Source: Felis catus
Lineage: Eukaryota
Direction of reading: 5' to 3'
DNA length: 64,000 nt
Assembly: GCF_018350175.1 (NCBI RefSeq)
Contig: NC_058368.1
Coordinates: 162,132,001 to 162,196,000 of the forward strand
Shown: positions 1 through 12,870 of the stretch, piece by piece
Layout of the letters: every line of letters starts with the position of its first letter
Numbering within the stretch: position 1 is the first letter of the stretch
Notes under the pieces: generated by a model
Told to the model about the DNA's origin: nothing
Database searches by the model: none
Seen by the model: the letters and a program-made list of their open reading frames with translations, nothing else
Program-made: the position numbers and the translations under genes

Positions 1-79
1 GTGCTTCATGTCAATCACCTGTAAAATGAAAATTATATCCACCATGAAATACAAATAAATATAAAAAGAAAGTGAAACT

Positions 80-950
80 ATTAAAGTTGGAGAGAATATG
101 GAACTACCAAATCTCTCATGTGTTATTGGGAGAAATAGAAATGTGGTTTAATGCCTTTGGAAAACTGGTATTTTCTTTATTTAAACATAACACTCTGTAA
201 TCCAGCAGTTCCGCTCTGAGGATTTTTATTTAAAATAAATAAAAATGTATGGACTCAAGAACCTTGAGAATAATATTCATAGTAGCTTTATTCATAGTAA
301 CAAAACAAAAAACTGAAAATAATCCCAATATTCACCAACAGGAGAATGGATTAACACACTGTGTTATAATTACTCCCAGTGATTAAAAAAAGGGACAAAT
401 TACTGATATGTACAATGACAGGAGGAATAGTCAAAAATATTTTGAATGAAAGGAGCCAGTCAGCCAAATGGATATACTAAACTGTATGATTTCATTAATA
501 TAGAATCCAAGATTATGCAAAACTAATCTGTTGGGTTTTTTTTAATTTTTTTTAACGTTTATTTATTTTTGAGACAGAGAGAGACACAGCATGAACAGGG
601 GAGGGGCAGAGAGAGAGGGAGACATAGAATTGGAAGCAGGCTCCAGGCTCTGAGCCATCAGCCCAGAGCCCGACACGGGGCTCGAACTCGCAGACCATGA
701 GATCGTGACCTGAGCTGAAATCGGACGGCCGCTTAACCGACTGAGCCACCCAGGCGCCCCACTAATCTCTGTTAATAAAGATCAGATCAGTTGTTGGTCT
801 GGTTGGGGGAAAGGGCATGAGAGAATGTTCTGGTATGATGGAAACATTCTTTGTCTTAATATGAATTTGCCAAAACTTGATTGAAAGTTACCCATAAGAG
901 CTGAGAATTTCACTAAACATAAAATATATTCCCACCAAAGAAAAATTAAA
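80..950 (+). mobile_element. Ancient L1 (L1ME/L1MD-like) ORF2 end and 3' UTR fragment, interrupted by a SINE at 536-760
   Basis: Degenerate L1 3' motifs: aatccagcagttccgctctgagga, agtagctttattcatagtaac, caacaggagaatggattaac, gaaaggagccagtc, actgtatgatttcatt. The pattern resumes after the SINE. Confidence 0.75.
536..760 (-). mobile_element. Can-SINE (SINEC_Fc-type)
   Basis: The minus strand reads ggggcgcctgggtggctcagtcggttaagc, then a (CT)-rich tract and an A tail. Imperfect TSD actaatctgtt / actaatctctgtt. Confidence 0.97.
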
Positions 951-1186
951 AGAAAAAAATGCAACATGATTAAAAATACAAAGAAAATAAGTACTTAAAA
1001 CTCCACTTAAACAGAGCTTTAACATCATTTGACAAATACTTTTATTTAAACATTTTTTAAACATCTATACCAAATTCTTTCTTAACCTAAGCTAAATCAT
1101 TGGGATAACTATACTTGGTAGAGGCAGTAAGGTCATGGGGATTTTTTTTTTTTTTTTGGTTAAATGAATGTGCTTTGATTTATTAC

Positions 1187-1188
<2 letters not shown>

Positions 1189-1237
<49 letters not shown>
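1189..1237. repeat. (TG)24 microsatellite
   Basis: Uninterrupted TG run. Confidence 0.98.
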
Positions 1238-1238
<1 letters not shown>

Positions 1239-1256
1239 GGGGTGGGGTGTGAGTAC

Positions 1257-1365
1257 TTAAGTAGGCTTCACCCCTGCACTGAGCCCAACACGGGGCTTGA
1301 ATTCATGACCCTGAGATCAAGACCTGAGCTGAGTTAAGGAGTACGACTAAGCGACCCAGGAGCCC
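1257..1365 (-). mobile_element. Short carnivore SINE (SINEC_b-like)
   Basis: The minus strand ends agcctacttaa. TSD ttgatttattactt at 1175-1188 and 1366-1379. Confidence 0.85.
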
Positions 1366-3419
1366 TTGATTTATTACTTAAAAAAAAATCACTTTAAAAA
1401 AAAGCAACTCTATACTGCATTACCATTAGTAAAAACACTTTAGTAAAGTCGTAGTTTTACATAAAAATTTATGTACAGATGGTGGCTAACTCTGACTTTG
1501 AATCAAACCAGTATGAACAGGCTGTAAGTAAAGAAATATGATTCAAATGGCCTTGCTCTCTCACTGTAGATCTCACCACTGTGACTGGTCAATGGCCTGC
1601 CTCAGTTTATTTTGTTGCCATCAGTAACTGTGATTTGTCTGTCAGTCACTGCTTTTAAAGTGATTTGAAATTTCCATGGAAAGCTAAGTTTCTGCCCCTG
1701 CTACCCTCAGCAGATACAGCAACTAGCCAATGCAGAAATTCTAAGGCTGTAAGAAGTATAGAGCAACCTAGACATTGACAAACTTTCCACTTTTCTCTGA
1801 TTTAGTTAACAGATTCTTTGCTTTCTAATGTAATATATTCCAGGTCTTTTTTAAAAAAATCAGAAATTAAAAGAGGCTTTGGTTTATTTAGATGAAGCTC
1901 TAAGTTTGTCTTTTGTTCATCACTAGTGATAGGAGCTGTGTCTCAGAAGAAGCTAGGCTCCAGGCAGGATGGCTAGACATTTTGTCAGAGTAGGGACTAT
2001 AATGTTGCAAAGCCTCCCCTGGTGTGTAGCTAAGCTTTTAATGTCTAAACCGAAAACACTAAACCTCTGGGATTCTGGCTAACTTTTATTCCAGGTGACT
2101 TTCTCAGTTTCATCTTTGAGATTGATTTCTACCCTGAAGCTTAAAATATGGGTCATAAAAATAAGGATTCCACAGAAATATTTCACAAGATAAAATTAGC
2201 TTCTCTTTGTCACTTGGGAGGTGAGAAATAAGATATTGCATGGACAACACAGAGGCTATGCCTATACTTGCCCATCTTAAACTATAGGAGACACTGAAAT
2301 TCTTCTCATGCTCCTTTTCTTTATACAATCTAATGATTTATGGCAGTATGTTGTTGGTTTATTTTATGTATAATATAATGCTTAATTTGAACATTCCCTA
2401 AATTAGTTCTCTTCTGAACAGTAAAAATGCAGATTCTACATATAACAAAGATCCTTTGGGGAGCTGTGACATGCACGGAACAAATACTTGCATCACAAAA
2501 CCTCAGATGCCAATGCTGGCTTTACCAGTTCAGAGCTTCGCGATGTCAGTTTACTATTTTGAGGTTTCTCATAAGTAATTTATTGGGTAATAATAATAAA
2601 TAGGAATGAAGTACCTGTTGTATAAAGTACTTGCTTTAAAGTTATGAATGTACAAACGATAATTACTTTGCTCTCACTATATTCTCATATTCTGTGGCTT
2701 CTGGGCAGGAGACTGGTACTGGAAAATACCTCCTTATTATGAGTATAGGAACTTGATTTCATAATAATCATTTTTTAGGGTTTTTTTTTCCATTTCTCCT
2801 CTTGTACTTCCATTTTGAGGACTGAAAGAGAGCTTTAATAAAAAGGAGAAATATCACTATGCAGAATTTGTTTTAAAAGTTAAATTATAATTCAGATTGT
2901 CAGGTGTCTACCTATGATAATGCATCCACAGCAAGAAATATATTTTAGTTTTATGTTTCCTGCATCTATTTACCCCTGGTAAGGAAACAGTATAGCCTAA
3001 AGCTATCCAACCCAAATTCACATGTAGGAAATCAATTACATATTATAACTCCTTCACCTTCTGTTCATCTTTTCTGTTACACTATAGTCATATGCTCCAC
3101 CCATCAATTTGGGCACAGACATATCACTCCTTTGTTTTCCAAAAATGGCATTGACATTCTTTCTTCACTTGACTTGAAAGTTTGTCTCCACCAGCCTGCT
3201 TCCCTAAGGCATGACCTAGTCTTTACCCTTCAAGGTAACATTATCTATATCCCTGTTCAGAACGGCTACAGCCTTTAGACAGAAGCTACAGACTCCCACG
3301 AAGTACTGAGTAATGGTTCTAGTGCCTATTCTAATACTGGACTAGGTGATTAGGTTGTCTGACTGCCAATACATTTGTTAAAATAAAGAAAAAAAAGCAG
3401 CACATTAACAAAGCAAAGA

Positions 3420-3521
3420 GATTTGAAGTAGGAGACCTTGATAAAGGTTTTATTTCTCTCCTTGCTTTTAACAAATTAATTATTTTTCCCAGATCTCAAT
3501 TTTTTCATATATGTCTTAGAG

Positions 3522-3570
<49 letters not shown>

Positions 3571-3620
3571 CAATAATAATACGTTTTTCATGAAGTTATG
3601 CTCAGAGTCATCAAATATTA
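3420..3620 (+). mobile_element. MIR relic containing an expanded (AAT)n
   Basis: MIR core-like tctcaattttttcatat...gataataata...tttttcatgaagttatg. Confidence 0.5.
3522..3581. repeat. (ATA)n trinucleotide microsatellite
   Basis: About 15 perfect ATA units plus a short imperfect extension. Confidence 0.95.
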
Positions 3621-3779
3621 TGCCCCCTCCTCTGGGTGTATGGAATCCAAGAATTTTATAAGAAACATACCTCAAATTTCTCCGCAGTCAATAATCAGTA
3701 ATATTATAGAATTTCTAGAGATAACATGAATTTTACATATCATTAACTAGGCATTCATATGATTAGGAGAGGCCCAATA

Positions 3780-4000
3780 TTATAGTAGTTAAGAACCATG
3801 CTTTTGGAGCCAAAGTGGTAAATTTATAACCAGGTTCTCTCTTTGGAAAAAAATATATAAAAAATATATAACTTCTCTGTGCCTTGGTTCCTTCATTTAT
3901 AAATTTGAGCCAAAAAGTTGTTTTGGTAAGTGAGTTAAAAATGTAAAATATTATGGATAGTATCTGAGGCATACTAAGAGGTCAATACATTTAGTTATCA
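3780..4000 (+). mobile_element. MIR
   Basis: tagtagttaagaaccatgcttttggagccaaa...aacttctctgtgccttggttccttcatttataaa resembles the MIR head and core. Confidence 0.75.
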
Positions 4001-4370
4001 GCTACTTGCCCAGCTGATAGGAGTGCTATTCGAAAAACATCAGTTGTCAACTCTTTCAGGAACGGGCTCAGTTGCAGAGAACCACCTCAATGTATTCAGT
4101 ACACATATGAATAGATGATGATATTGTGTGCAACCCAGGAGCATCAGGAGACACTGGCCCACCAAACTGCCAACAGGTAGGAAGTCAGTCTCTGCAAGCG
4201 TGTCAATATCAACTTCAGGGGATTTCATTACATCTCTGCCAATCCTAAGATCTTAACATAAACCTAAAATTGCAAGGCAATATCAGCAGAACAGCTTACT
4301 GCATATCATTCTTTCAACAAAAATTTATTAAGAATCAGTAAAATATTTCAGCCTTTGGGTTCTTGGATAT

Positions 4371-4416
4371 AGGATGGCATGGATAGAATGGGATGGGATG
4401 GGATGGGATAGAATAG
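4371..4416. repeat. Degenerate (GGATG/GAATA)n pentanucleotide repeat
   Basis: ggatagaatgggatgggatgggatgggatagaatagga. Confidence 0.8.
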
Positions 4417-5241
4417 GACTATTCTCTGACATTATGTGTATCTGTTAATTCCCCACCATATAAAATGTCATGATCATCTCTCTTAAGAGTCTCTTCCATG
4501 AATTATCTCCTCATCTGCAGTTTCAACTGGGCTCTCACCACAAATCACACCAACTTTGCTCTAGAACAAGTGGTCATCAAATTAGAGTAGAATTACTCAG
4601 AGTATACAATAAATCATCAAGAAGTATGTGATAAGGTACATAAATGGATTTGAGGGAATCCAATTCCAGGTTCCCAATTTTAATATGAAATTTGGGACAA
4701 AACTGAAGCTCTTAATAAGCCATTCACAGTTATTTTTATACTTCTTTACCAAATCATAATGTACCTCTCAGCTGTTCCTAATATTATCATTTTCTCGGAG
4801 GTAAAATGTCTGGAGTTCTAAGAGCAATGGATGTTGCTGTAAAGAAAGTAAATGAGTCTAATCAGTGAGTACAAATCCTTTTGCAAATAGGGATTTCTGT
4901 TTTCTTACTTTCAACAAAACTAAGGGAGGATCTAAATGAGTTGTGAGCTGATAACAATAATTTGATGATGACTAAGACATTCCTTTTGGTTTTGTAACTC
5001 AGACGTAAAATATGAAGTAATGTTAAAATCCAATCTGCTTTTATCTGAATCCAGTTTTAATGTGAGCTAATTTCTGCAGCAATTACATTCAAGGCTGATG
5101 AAAAGTGTTGTATAGGTCTAGCAATAGCTAAAATTAACCTATAGATATCAGGGTAATTGAAAAAATAAAGTTTCTCCTGTCTCTTAAAGTGGTATATCCT
5201 CAGTAAAATTTTTCACTTTAATTTTATGTTTTAAATTATTT

Positions 5242-5445
5242 GGGGGCACCTGAGTGGCTTAGTCGGTTAAGTGTCTGACTCTTGATCAGCTCAGGTCGTG
5301 ATCTCACAGTTCATGAGTTCAAAGCCCGTGTCAGGCCTGTGCTGATAGCATGGAGCCTGCTTGGGATGTTCTTTCGCTTCTTTCTCTGCCTCTCTCTTTC
5401 TCTCTCTCTCTTTCAAAAATAAGTAAATAATTTTTTTAAAAGAAA
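5242..5445 (+). mobile_element. Can-SINE (older, diverged)
   Basis: gggggcacctgagtggcttagtcggttaag, (CT)n tract and A-rich tail. TSD-like aaattattt on both sides. Confidence 0.95.
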
Positions 5446-6239
5446 AATTATTTTTAAGAATTTGTATGTCTATGTCATTTGGATCAATTGTGTATTAATT
5501 TTAATTTTATTAACTTATTCTAGAATAAGTTTAACAGTGTATGATCTTATTAAATAATAATGAATAAATTTAATTGCAATTTATATGTATATTTTATGGG
5601 GAATTATGATAGGGTTCCAAATCTTAGACTTTTAATTATATAATTCTAATATTAGAATAAAATTTCTGCATAGGAATTAGAATGAAAATAATTCAAATAT
5701 AAAGAGAAATAAAAAATAATATCTAATTCTTAAGAGCTTATGCCTATATTGTTTAAAGGGAGGTGATGAGACAGAGTAGATTTTTCAAAAATTTTTTAGG
5801 GGATATACAAGCAGAATTTTGAAGAATTCACACATCAAAATATGTATTTTCCTGTTTTCCTGTGGCTGTTAAGCCCTAATTCCCTTATCTTAAACTAATA
5901 TTAACTATAATATCAGTGGTAAAAAAAAAATTCCCTTGTCCTATAGGACTTGTAAACAGTGATAAAAAATAATCAAATACCTACATAAAATACAACATTG
6001 TCAAATAGAAATAAATTGCATGTGCTACACATGTATACAAATCAGCAAAACTAAAAGTTAGAAAACTGGAGTAAAACCTCCTTGATCTATTACTAGTCGC
6101 TTAATTTTCCAACTCCCAAATTTAACCCATTTGTAAACATTATTTTAGCAAAATACTCAGCTTTTTGTTAAAAGAAATCACTGTTGACAATTATTTTAGT
6201 AGGTGCTTACTAGATATCACATCCAAAGCAGCTTATTAA

Positions 6240-7737
6240 ACTTTAAAAAAAAATTAAATACTTTTTTTTTGTGTACAGTTGATACACACTGTTGCGTTTG
6301 TTTCATGTGTTTAACTTAGTGATCGGACAAGTTTATACATTATGCTATGTTCACCATCAATATAGATACCCTATGTTCTGTTACACTGCTATTACAGTAT
6401 CATTGACTGTATACCTTATGCTGTGCCTTTTATACCCATGATTTATTCATTCCATACTGGAAGCCTCTAACTCTCACTCCCCTGTGCCCATTTTGGCCAC
6501 CCCTACCCTCTTCCCCTCTGGCAACCATCAGTTTGTTTTCTGGGTTTATAGCTCTGATTCTGCTTTATATTTGTTTATTCATTTGTTGTTTTTATAGATT
6601 AGACTTATGAGTGGAATCATATGGTATTTGTCTTTTTTAATCTTAATTATTTCACTTAGAAAAATACCCTCTATGTATGTCCATCCATTTGTCTCAGATG
6701 GCATGATCTCTTTCTTTTTTATAGCTCTGTAATATTATATTATCCATTTGTTTATTGATGGACACTTAGGTTGCTTCCATACCTTGGCTGTTGTAAATAA
6801 TGCTGAAATAAACATATGGGTGCATACATCCTTTCAAATAAGTGTTTTCATTTTTTTTGGGGGGGGGGTAAATACCCAGTAGTGGAATTATTGGATCATA
6901 CGTATTTCTATTTTTAATTTTATAAGGAACCTCCATACTGTTTTCTACAATGGCTGTACCAATTTATATTATTGCTTATAGTGTATGAGGGTTCCTTTTT
7001 CTCTACATCCTAACAAATACTTATTATTTCTTGTCATTTTGATTTTAGCCATGCTTGCAGGTGTGAGGTGATATCTTATTGTGGTTTGACTTGCATTTCC
7101 CTGCAAATGAGTGATGTTTAGCTTCTTTTCATGTGTCTATTGGCTATCTGGATATTTTATTTGGAAAAATATCTATTCAGGTCCTCTGCCCAATTTTTAA
7201 TTGGATTGTTTGTTTTTTTGGTGTTGAATTGCATGAGTTCTTTATATATTTTGGATATTAACCCCTTACCAGATAAGTCATTTGCAAATACCTTCTCCCA
7301 TTCAGTATGTTGTCTTTTTGTCTTGTTGTTTATTTTGTCGTGAAATAGCTTTTTATTTTGATATCATCTCAATTGTTTATTTTCCTTTTGTTTCCCTCAC
7401 CTTTGGAGACATCTAGAAAAATGTTTATATGGCCAATGTCAGAGAAACTACTGCCTGTGTTCTCTTCCAGGACTTTTATGGTTTCAGGTCTCACATTTAG
7501 GTCTTTAATTAATTGTGAGTTTATTTTTGTGTATAGTGTTAGAAAGTGGTCCAGTTTTGTTCTTTTACATATAGTGATAAACTACATTTTTCCAAGCATC
7601 ATTTATTGAAGAGATGTATTTTGCCCAGTGTATATTCTTGCTTCCTTTGTCATATATTAATTCACCATATAATTATTGTGGGTTTATTTCTCTGGTCTTT
7701 ATTGTGCTTCATTGATCTCTGTGTCTGTTTTTGTGCC
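6240..7737 (-). mobile_element. 5'-truncated carnivore L1 (L1_Carn-like) 3' end, about 1.5 kb
   Basis: Antisense L1 motifs cccctctggcaaccatcagtttg, gatggacacttaggttgcttcca, ggaacctccatactgttttc, ggtgtgaggtgatatctt, catttattgaagaga. Possible TSD aagcagctt at about 6226 and 7740. Confidence 0.95.
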
Positions 7738-7982
7738 TGAAGCAGCTTGCAGCTTTTAATATTTAAATACAGTCTTCTTTTGTCCCTGAAACAGAGGTAA
7801 TTATCATAGGTATATGTGTAAGAAAGCATGGAGAATATTTGCCAACAATTAAGAGGGCAAAAGTCACATTTGCCTAGAATTAACAGTTAAGAGAGGCATA
7901 AAACAAGTTTCCTGAAACTAACATGTTTTTCATCAATTGTTATTAGGAACATATATGATGACATTTTAAAAAGAAAATGTTA

Positions 7983-8210
7983 GGGGCGCCTGGGTGGCTC
8001 AGTCAGTTGAGCGTCCGACTTCAGCTCAGGTCATGATCTCACGGCTTGTGGGTTAGATCCCCGTGTCGGGCTCTGTGCTGACAGCTCAGAGCCTGGAGCC
8101 TGTTTCAGATTCTGTGTCTCCCTCTCTCTCTCTGACCCTCCCTATTCATGATCTGTCTCTCTCTGTCTCAAAAGTAAATAAACGTTAAAAAAAATAAAAA
8201 AATAAAAAGA
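7983..8210 (+). mobile_element. Can-SINE (SINEC_Fc-type)
   Basis: Full head ggggcgcctgggtggctcagtc, CT tract and A tail. TSD aaagaaaatgtta on both sides. Confidence 0.98.
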
Positions 8211-8459
8211 TAAAGAAAATGTTATTTGGATTACTGCTTTATTTTCTCATTTTTAATAAAATACTTTCAGAAAAATAATGTAAATGTTATCTACTATTGA
8301 AACATAATATTTTAAATACATCTATGGTTAGTTACCTTTTTATAGTTACATAATCATAATTATCTTTTAAAAAAATCCATTTTTGTTGGGAACTAGACCA
8401 CCTAAAAAAAAAACTTTACAGTTTTATCTGTAATTTATTTATTAATTTATTTAGGGCAA

Positions 8460-8725
8460 TGGCCAACACGAGCAAACTGCTTGCTTATCAAACAACTGCT
8501 TACCTTGCAAGGTTCACTACAAGAACTGCACTTGCTATGACTACCAATACTTAACTATTATTTTGCAAACTTTACACAATCCCAGTCAGTTTAATGCTTG
8601 GGAAGATGGACCTCAAATCACTAAATCCCAGGCCCCAACCCTATGAAATTCTCCCGTTTCTGTCTTCTGAGATAATACTGACCGTCAACATGGCACTATC
8701 TCTTACTGCAGTGAGTCTTAACAAA
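8460..8725 (+). mobile_element. Probable ERV1-class LTR fragment (MER31/MER67-like)
   Basis: Less AT-rich block ending tctcttactgcagtgagtcttaacaaa, which resembles the polyA-signal region of these LTRs. Confidence 0.4.
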
Positions 8726-9054
8726 TGATAAATTTTATATGTAAGATGTTATTCACAGGGTAATGATATGCAGAAATCTCATCAATGTATAATTTCATAT
8801 CATATTTTCCTTTGGTTTCTACCAATGATTTTCTGATTATTTAATATTTATGAGCAGACAACTGAGATCAATTAGCAATATAGGAAATTTAATTATTTAC
8901 ATATTACTTACATATAACTTTTTAAATTGAAAAATTTTATCTATTAAAATTAATCTGCCAAACGTCATAATTAATCATTCTTATTATAATGCCATGACAA
9001 ATTAGCATACTCACTACTTTTCCCAAATGAAAATAAGTATTTTTCCCTTTTATT

Positions 9055-9274
9055 TTTTTTTAATTTTTTTTTCAACGTTTATTTATTTTTGGGACAGAGA
9101 GAGACAGAGCATGAACGGGGGAGGGGCAGAGGAGAGGGAGACACAGAATCGGAAACAGGCTCCAGGCTCTGAGCCATCAGCCCAGAGCCCGACGCGGGGC
9201 TCGAACTCACGAACCGCGAGATCGTGACCTGGCTGAAGTCGGACGCTTAACCGACTGCGCCACCCAGGCGCCCC
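9055..9274 (-). mobile_element. Young feline SINE (SINEC_Fc)
   Basis: CpGs are intact. Perfect 17-bp TSD tatttttcccttttatt at 9038-9054 and 9275-9291. Confidence 0.99.
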
Positions 9275-10849
9275 TATTTTTCCCTTTTATTACAGAGTCA
9301 TTCTTAAGTTCTATTAAGAACTTATATTCTTATATTATCAGTCATTTAGCCTCTAAATCTACATCAACATTAAGACACAGCTGAATATCACAAATACTCT
9401 ACAGAAGATTTTACCTCCAGAGCTACATCACTATAACTTCTGAAAACTTGGCAACTCTCTGTTGTGTTTCACTGCCTTTTCCCCAACATGGATCCCATGT
9501 GATGCATAGATATCCCTTTTTCTTCAGTACCTGATGTAAACACTTTTTTAAAAAAATTTGACCAAGATGTAGGACAACTGAAAAGCATTACTGTAGTTTG
9601 CTAGTAGATGACACAGCTAGGACATTCAGCTCTGAGCTTCAAGTCCCTGGGTCTTAGCAACTAATTTGTTAAAATTTCAAGCACATTTTCTGTAACTTTT
9701 CAATGTTGTATGTTGATATTTGTGCGTTTGAAGACAAAACGTTATTCCAGACTGTATAGACTATTTAACAGTCAAGGGATACAGATACAGTTTCATAGTA
9801 ATGGGTACAAATTTGTGGTTTGTCCTAGGAGAGATTAATAGAAGTTAGAGTAGTTAGGAAGGTTATTTACAGTTTGTTTCCAAGAGTCCAATGTTACTGC
9901 TATAGAAACCTCAGAGTCCTTTAACTTTATATTTGGAGCTTTCTATTCCCATATAGTAGTAAGACAGACCAAATTATTATGAGAATGAAAGGCTCTATGC
10001 TTGCTCCTAAGAAAAAGAAAAAAAAAGCTCCATAAACTAATAATAGGATTTGAAGCAGAGAAAAAACCTATGGAAAGTATAATTTATAATTACATTTCTA
10101 TTATTTAAAGGTTATGCCAAAATCTCTGTCTTGTCTTTGATCATTGGTGTCTACCAGTTTATATAAAGAGGAAAAAAATGTATACATTAAGGCAAAATTT
10201 TGGCATATATTTTTAAATTTCTATGTTAAGCTAACTTGGTTGTATATTTAAAATGTTTTTCTGCATCAGATTGCTGATATAGTATAAATCAAAGAAAGGA
10301 TAGTCTGAATCAAGAGTTCTGAAGGAAGCTAGCCATGATATTCCACTTCAGGTACTGAGAAATGCAAGTACTCTCTGGATACTTTAATGGCACTGGCATT
10401 TATCCTGTGATAGTCAAAGAAAAAAAGACTTTCTCACAGTGTTATTTCTACCAATGCTTCTCCAATATGAGGAACAAGCCAATAGTTTGCACCAATCCCA
10501 CGTTGAGCAAACCCAAAAGCCTTTCTTCTGTGTGTGTGTTTTTGTGTGTACACGTGTGAGCATGTGACTGATTCAGAATCTTCCAAATAAAGCATCATGA
10601 CTGGACTTACTTTTGTGTCAGAGTAGACGACATTTACTAACACTGAAACTTTCCCATAATTTTAGATAATAATTTTACAAGTTGGTTGATCAGGATAAGG
10701 TAACCTATAAAGTTTGTAGCATGTTATTTCAAATTGTCACTTTTAAACAAATATCTGAATCATTCGAAGATATAAGTTCCAGATATTATGGATTGGAAAC
10801 ATTGAATTATTTTTCTATATTTGAATTGTTCTAAAACCTGTTTCTTGGA

Positions 10850-10852
<3 letters not shown>

Positions 10853-10897
<45 letters not shown>
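10853..10897. repeat. (TG)22 microsatellite
   Basis: Uninterrupted TG run. Confidence 0.98.
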
Positions 10898-10901
<4 letters not shown>

Positions 10902-11389
10902 GTCTTACCTAATGCACATGTCACTATAAACATTTTTAATAAAGCTCAAAGCATACTGCAGAAAAATGGCAAGAACTATGGTGAGGTTAAATGTTATCCA
11001 TGCTGCCTGAGATTTTCTAGTTGGAATCACCTCTGAAATTCCCCAACTTTTAAGACGGTGGCCCTAGCATGGTAGCATCTGTTCACATACACTTGCTTAA
11101 TATTGTTCTTGCATTTGTTATGTTCCATAGATGAACTGAAAAGATGGAGAAAATATTTTCTGCAATGTGAATTCTTTAAACTGAATAATCTAGAAAGAGA
11201 GAGAGAAACGAAATTAACATATGTTTAGAAAATCTAAATTGGCCAGCATGGCATGGTGGTACAGTGGTACTAATCACCCCTATTACTATTCATTCCTAAA
11301 TTTGGCAACTTTGCTGAATTGACTAGTTTATGACAATTCCAGTAATGATAAAATTTTTTTCATCTCTCTCATGTGATGATGATGATAAT

Positions 11390-11620
11390 TATATATAATA
11401 ATAACAACAATAATAATGATAGCATAATTTTAAAGCTAACCTCACTAATCTCTTTCTACAGTAATTATTATATATTCTTTTCCCCTTACTGATCCAACTT
11501 CGGATGGTGTTAATAGGAGGAAAATATAAACATGATTCTATGTGATTACAAAATGACACTAATGGTTTTGACTAGAACTAGGTCTTAAACATGCTCACAT
11601 ATTCTCTGTATGTCACACTG
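11390..11620 (-). mobile_element. Highly degraded MIR relic
   Basis: taataatgatagc start and gactagaactaggtctt...cacactg end, typical of an antisense MIR. Confidence 0.35.
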
Positions 11621-12699
11621 GACTGTATTCCTTGGAAGAAAAGAATCTATTTCAGGTTTCTGATGAGGCTGTCAACCTCAAGCACATGATTCTTGTTCTT
11701 TATCTAAAATTAATAATGTAACTTTGTATAATTATATTTTGAAATGAATCCATCTCCTAGCTGTCCATGTTATATGCTAATATATCCAAGAATTATGTGT
11801 ATGTGTGTGTGTAAGTGTGTAATTTTAGAGTCACTCGGAAAGTGCGAAAATCTATTATATGACAATATCCTGCATTGCATTTGAAAAATGTAGGCTCAAA
11901 ATTAATCATCCATTCTGAATTTAGCAAAATTATCAGAAATACAAATAGAAATATTAGATATCTGTTGTATATATGTAGACATAAATCCAGACTTAGATAT
12001 CAGATTGATTTTTAGCAGATGTTGATTAAAATAAAGATTGTTCAATCCACTGTTTATATATTTGCTTACAGACGTATCTAAAATATTACTTCAAACAACT
12101 TTTCTGTGTATTTTTTTTTTGCCAATGAAAGCACAAGAACATAATGGTAAATTGTGTCAATACTTCTAAAAATATGCCTTTATAGTTATCCTTAATAAAA
12201 TTAAATATTTAATTATTGTTATTTATACTTAAGGATAGAGCAAGACAAACAACTAAGCAATAGAATTACTCAGTAATAACAGTGAATATACAATTTTCTT
12301 CCTTAATATTTTAAAGAACGCTTTTTAATGACTGCTGATGTCATAACTCAATGAATTATTCTGGAGGAACTCTGGGTATAGAGGAAAAGAAAGTGTCCAC
12401 AAAGAAGGTAAAAGTTTGTCATGCTACAAATGAGATACAAACCAATGTATTTAAAAGTTAATGCTAAATAATTGAATAGGTTCTGTATAGTAGCTGTGAG
12501 ACCAATGATCTAGAAGGGAGGAAAAGTAAAAACAAGCTTATTCCATTTTTGTAGGAAGCAGGATGATATACCAGAATACAGGTTCATTTAAAATATTCTT
12601 GTAGGACAATGATCAAACCAAGGCTGCAGGACCATGTGAGTCACTTTGGAGCTATATAGCAACTACCATTTTGCAAAATTTTACTAGATACCTCTCTTA

Positions 12700-12870
12700 A
12701 GTGCCATAGGTCACACAGATTCTTTAAACATGGTTGCTGTCTTAAAGTACTTACAATCTGGTTGAACAGATAAGACCTGAACAAACAAAACTACAAATCA
12801 GGGAAGTATAAGATAAGTGTCAAGAGCAGGATAGAAAAATTTTCTGAAAGGGAAAAAGGGCTGGTAGGCC
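12700..12870 (-). mobile_element. L2 3' fragment
   Basis: acatggttgctgtcttaaagtacttacaatctggttgaacagataagac resembles the antisense L2 3' end. Confidence 0.6.

Noticed and set aside
1479..1523. 45-nt frame-preserving segment between tacag and gtaagt (MVANSDFESNQYEQA)
   Set aside because: The acceptor has no polypyrimidine tract (ataaaaatttatgtacag) and I do not recognise the peptide
7131..7740. Three consecutive plus-strand ORFs
   Set aside because: They are antisense readings of the minus-strand L1 ORF2 region
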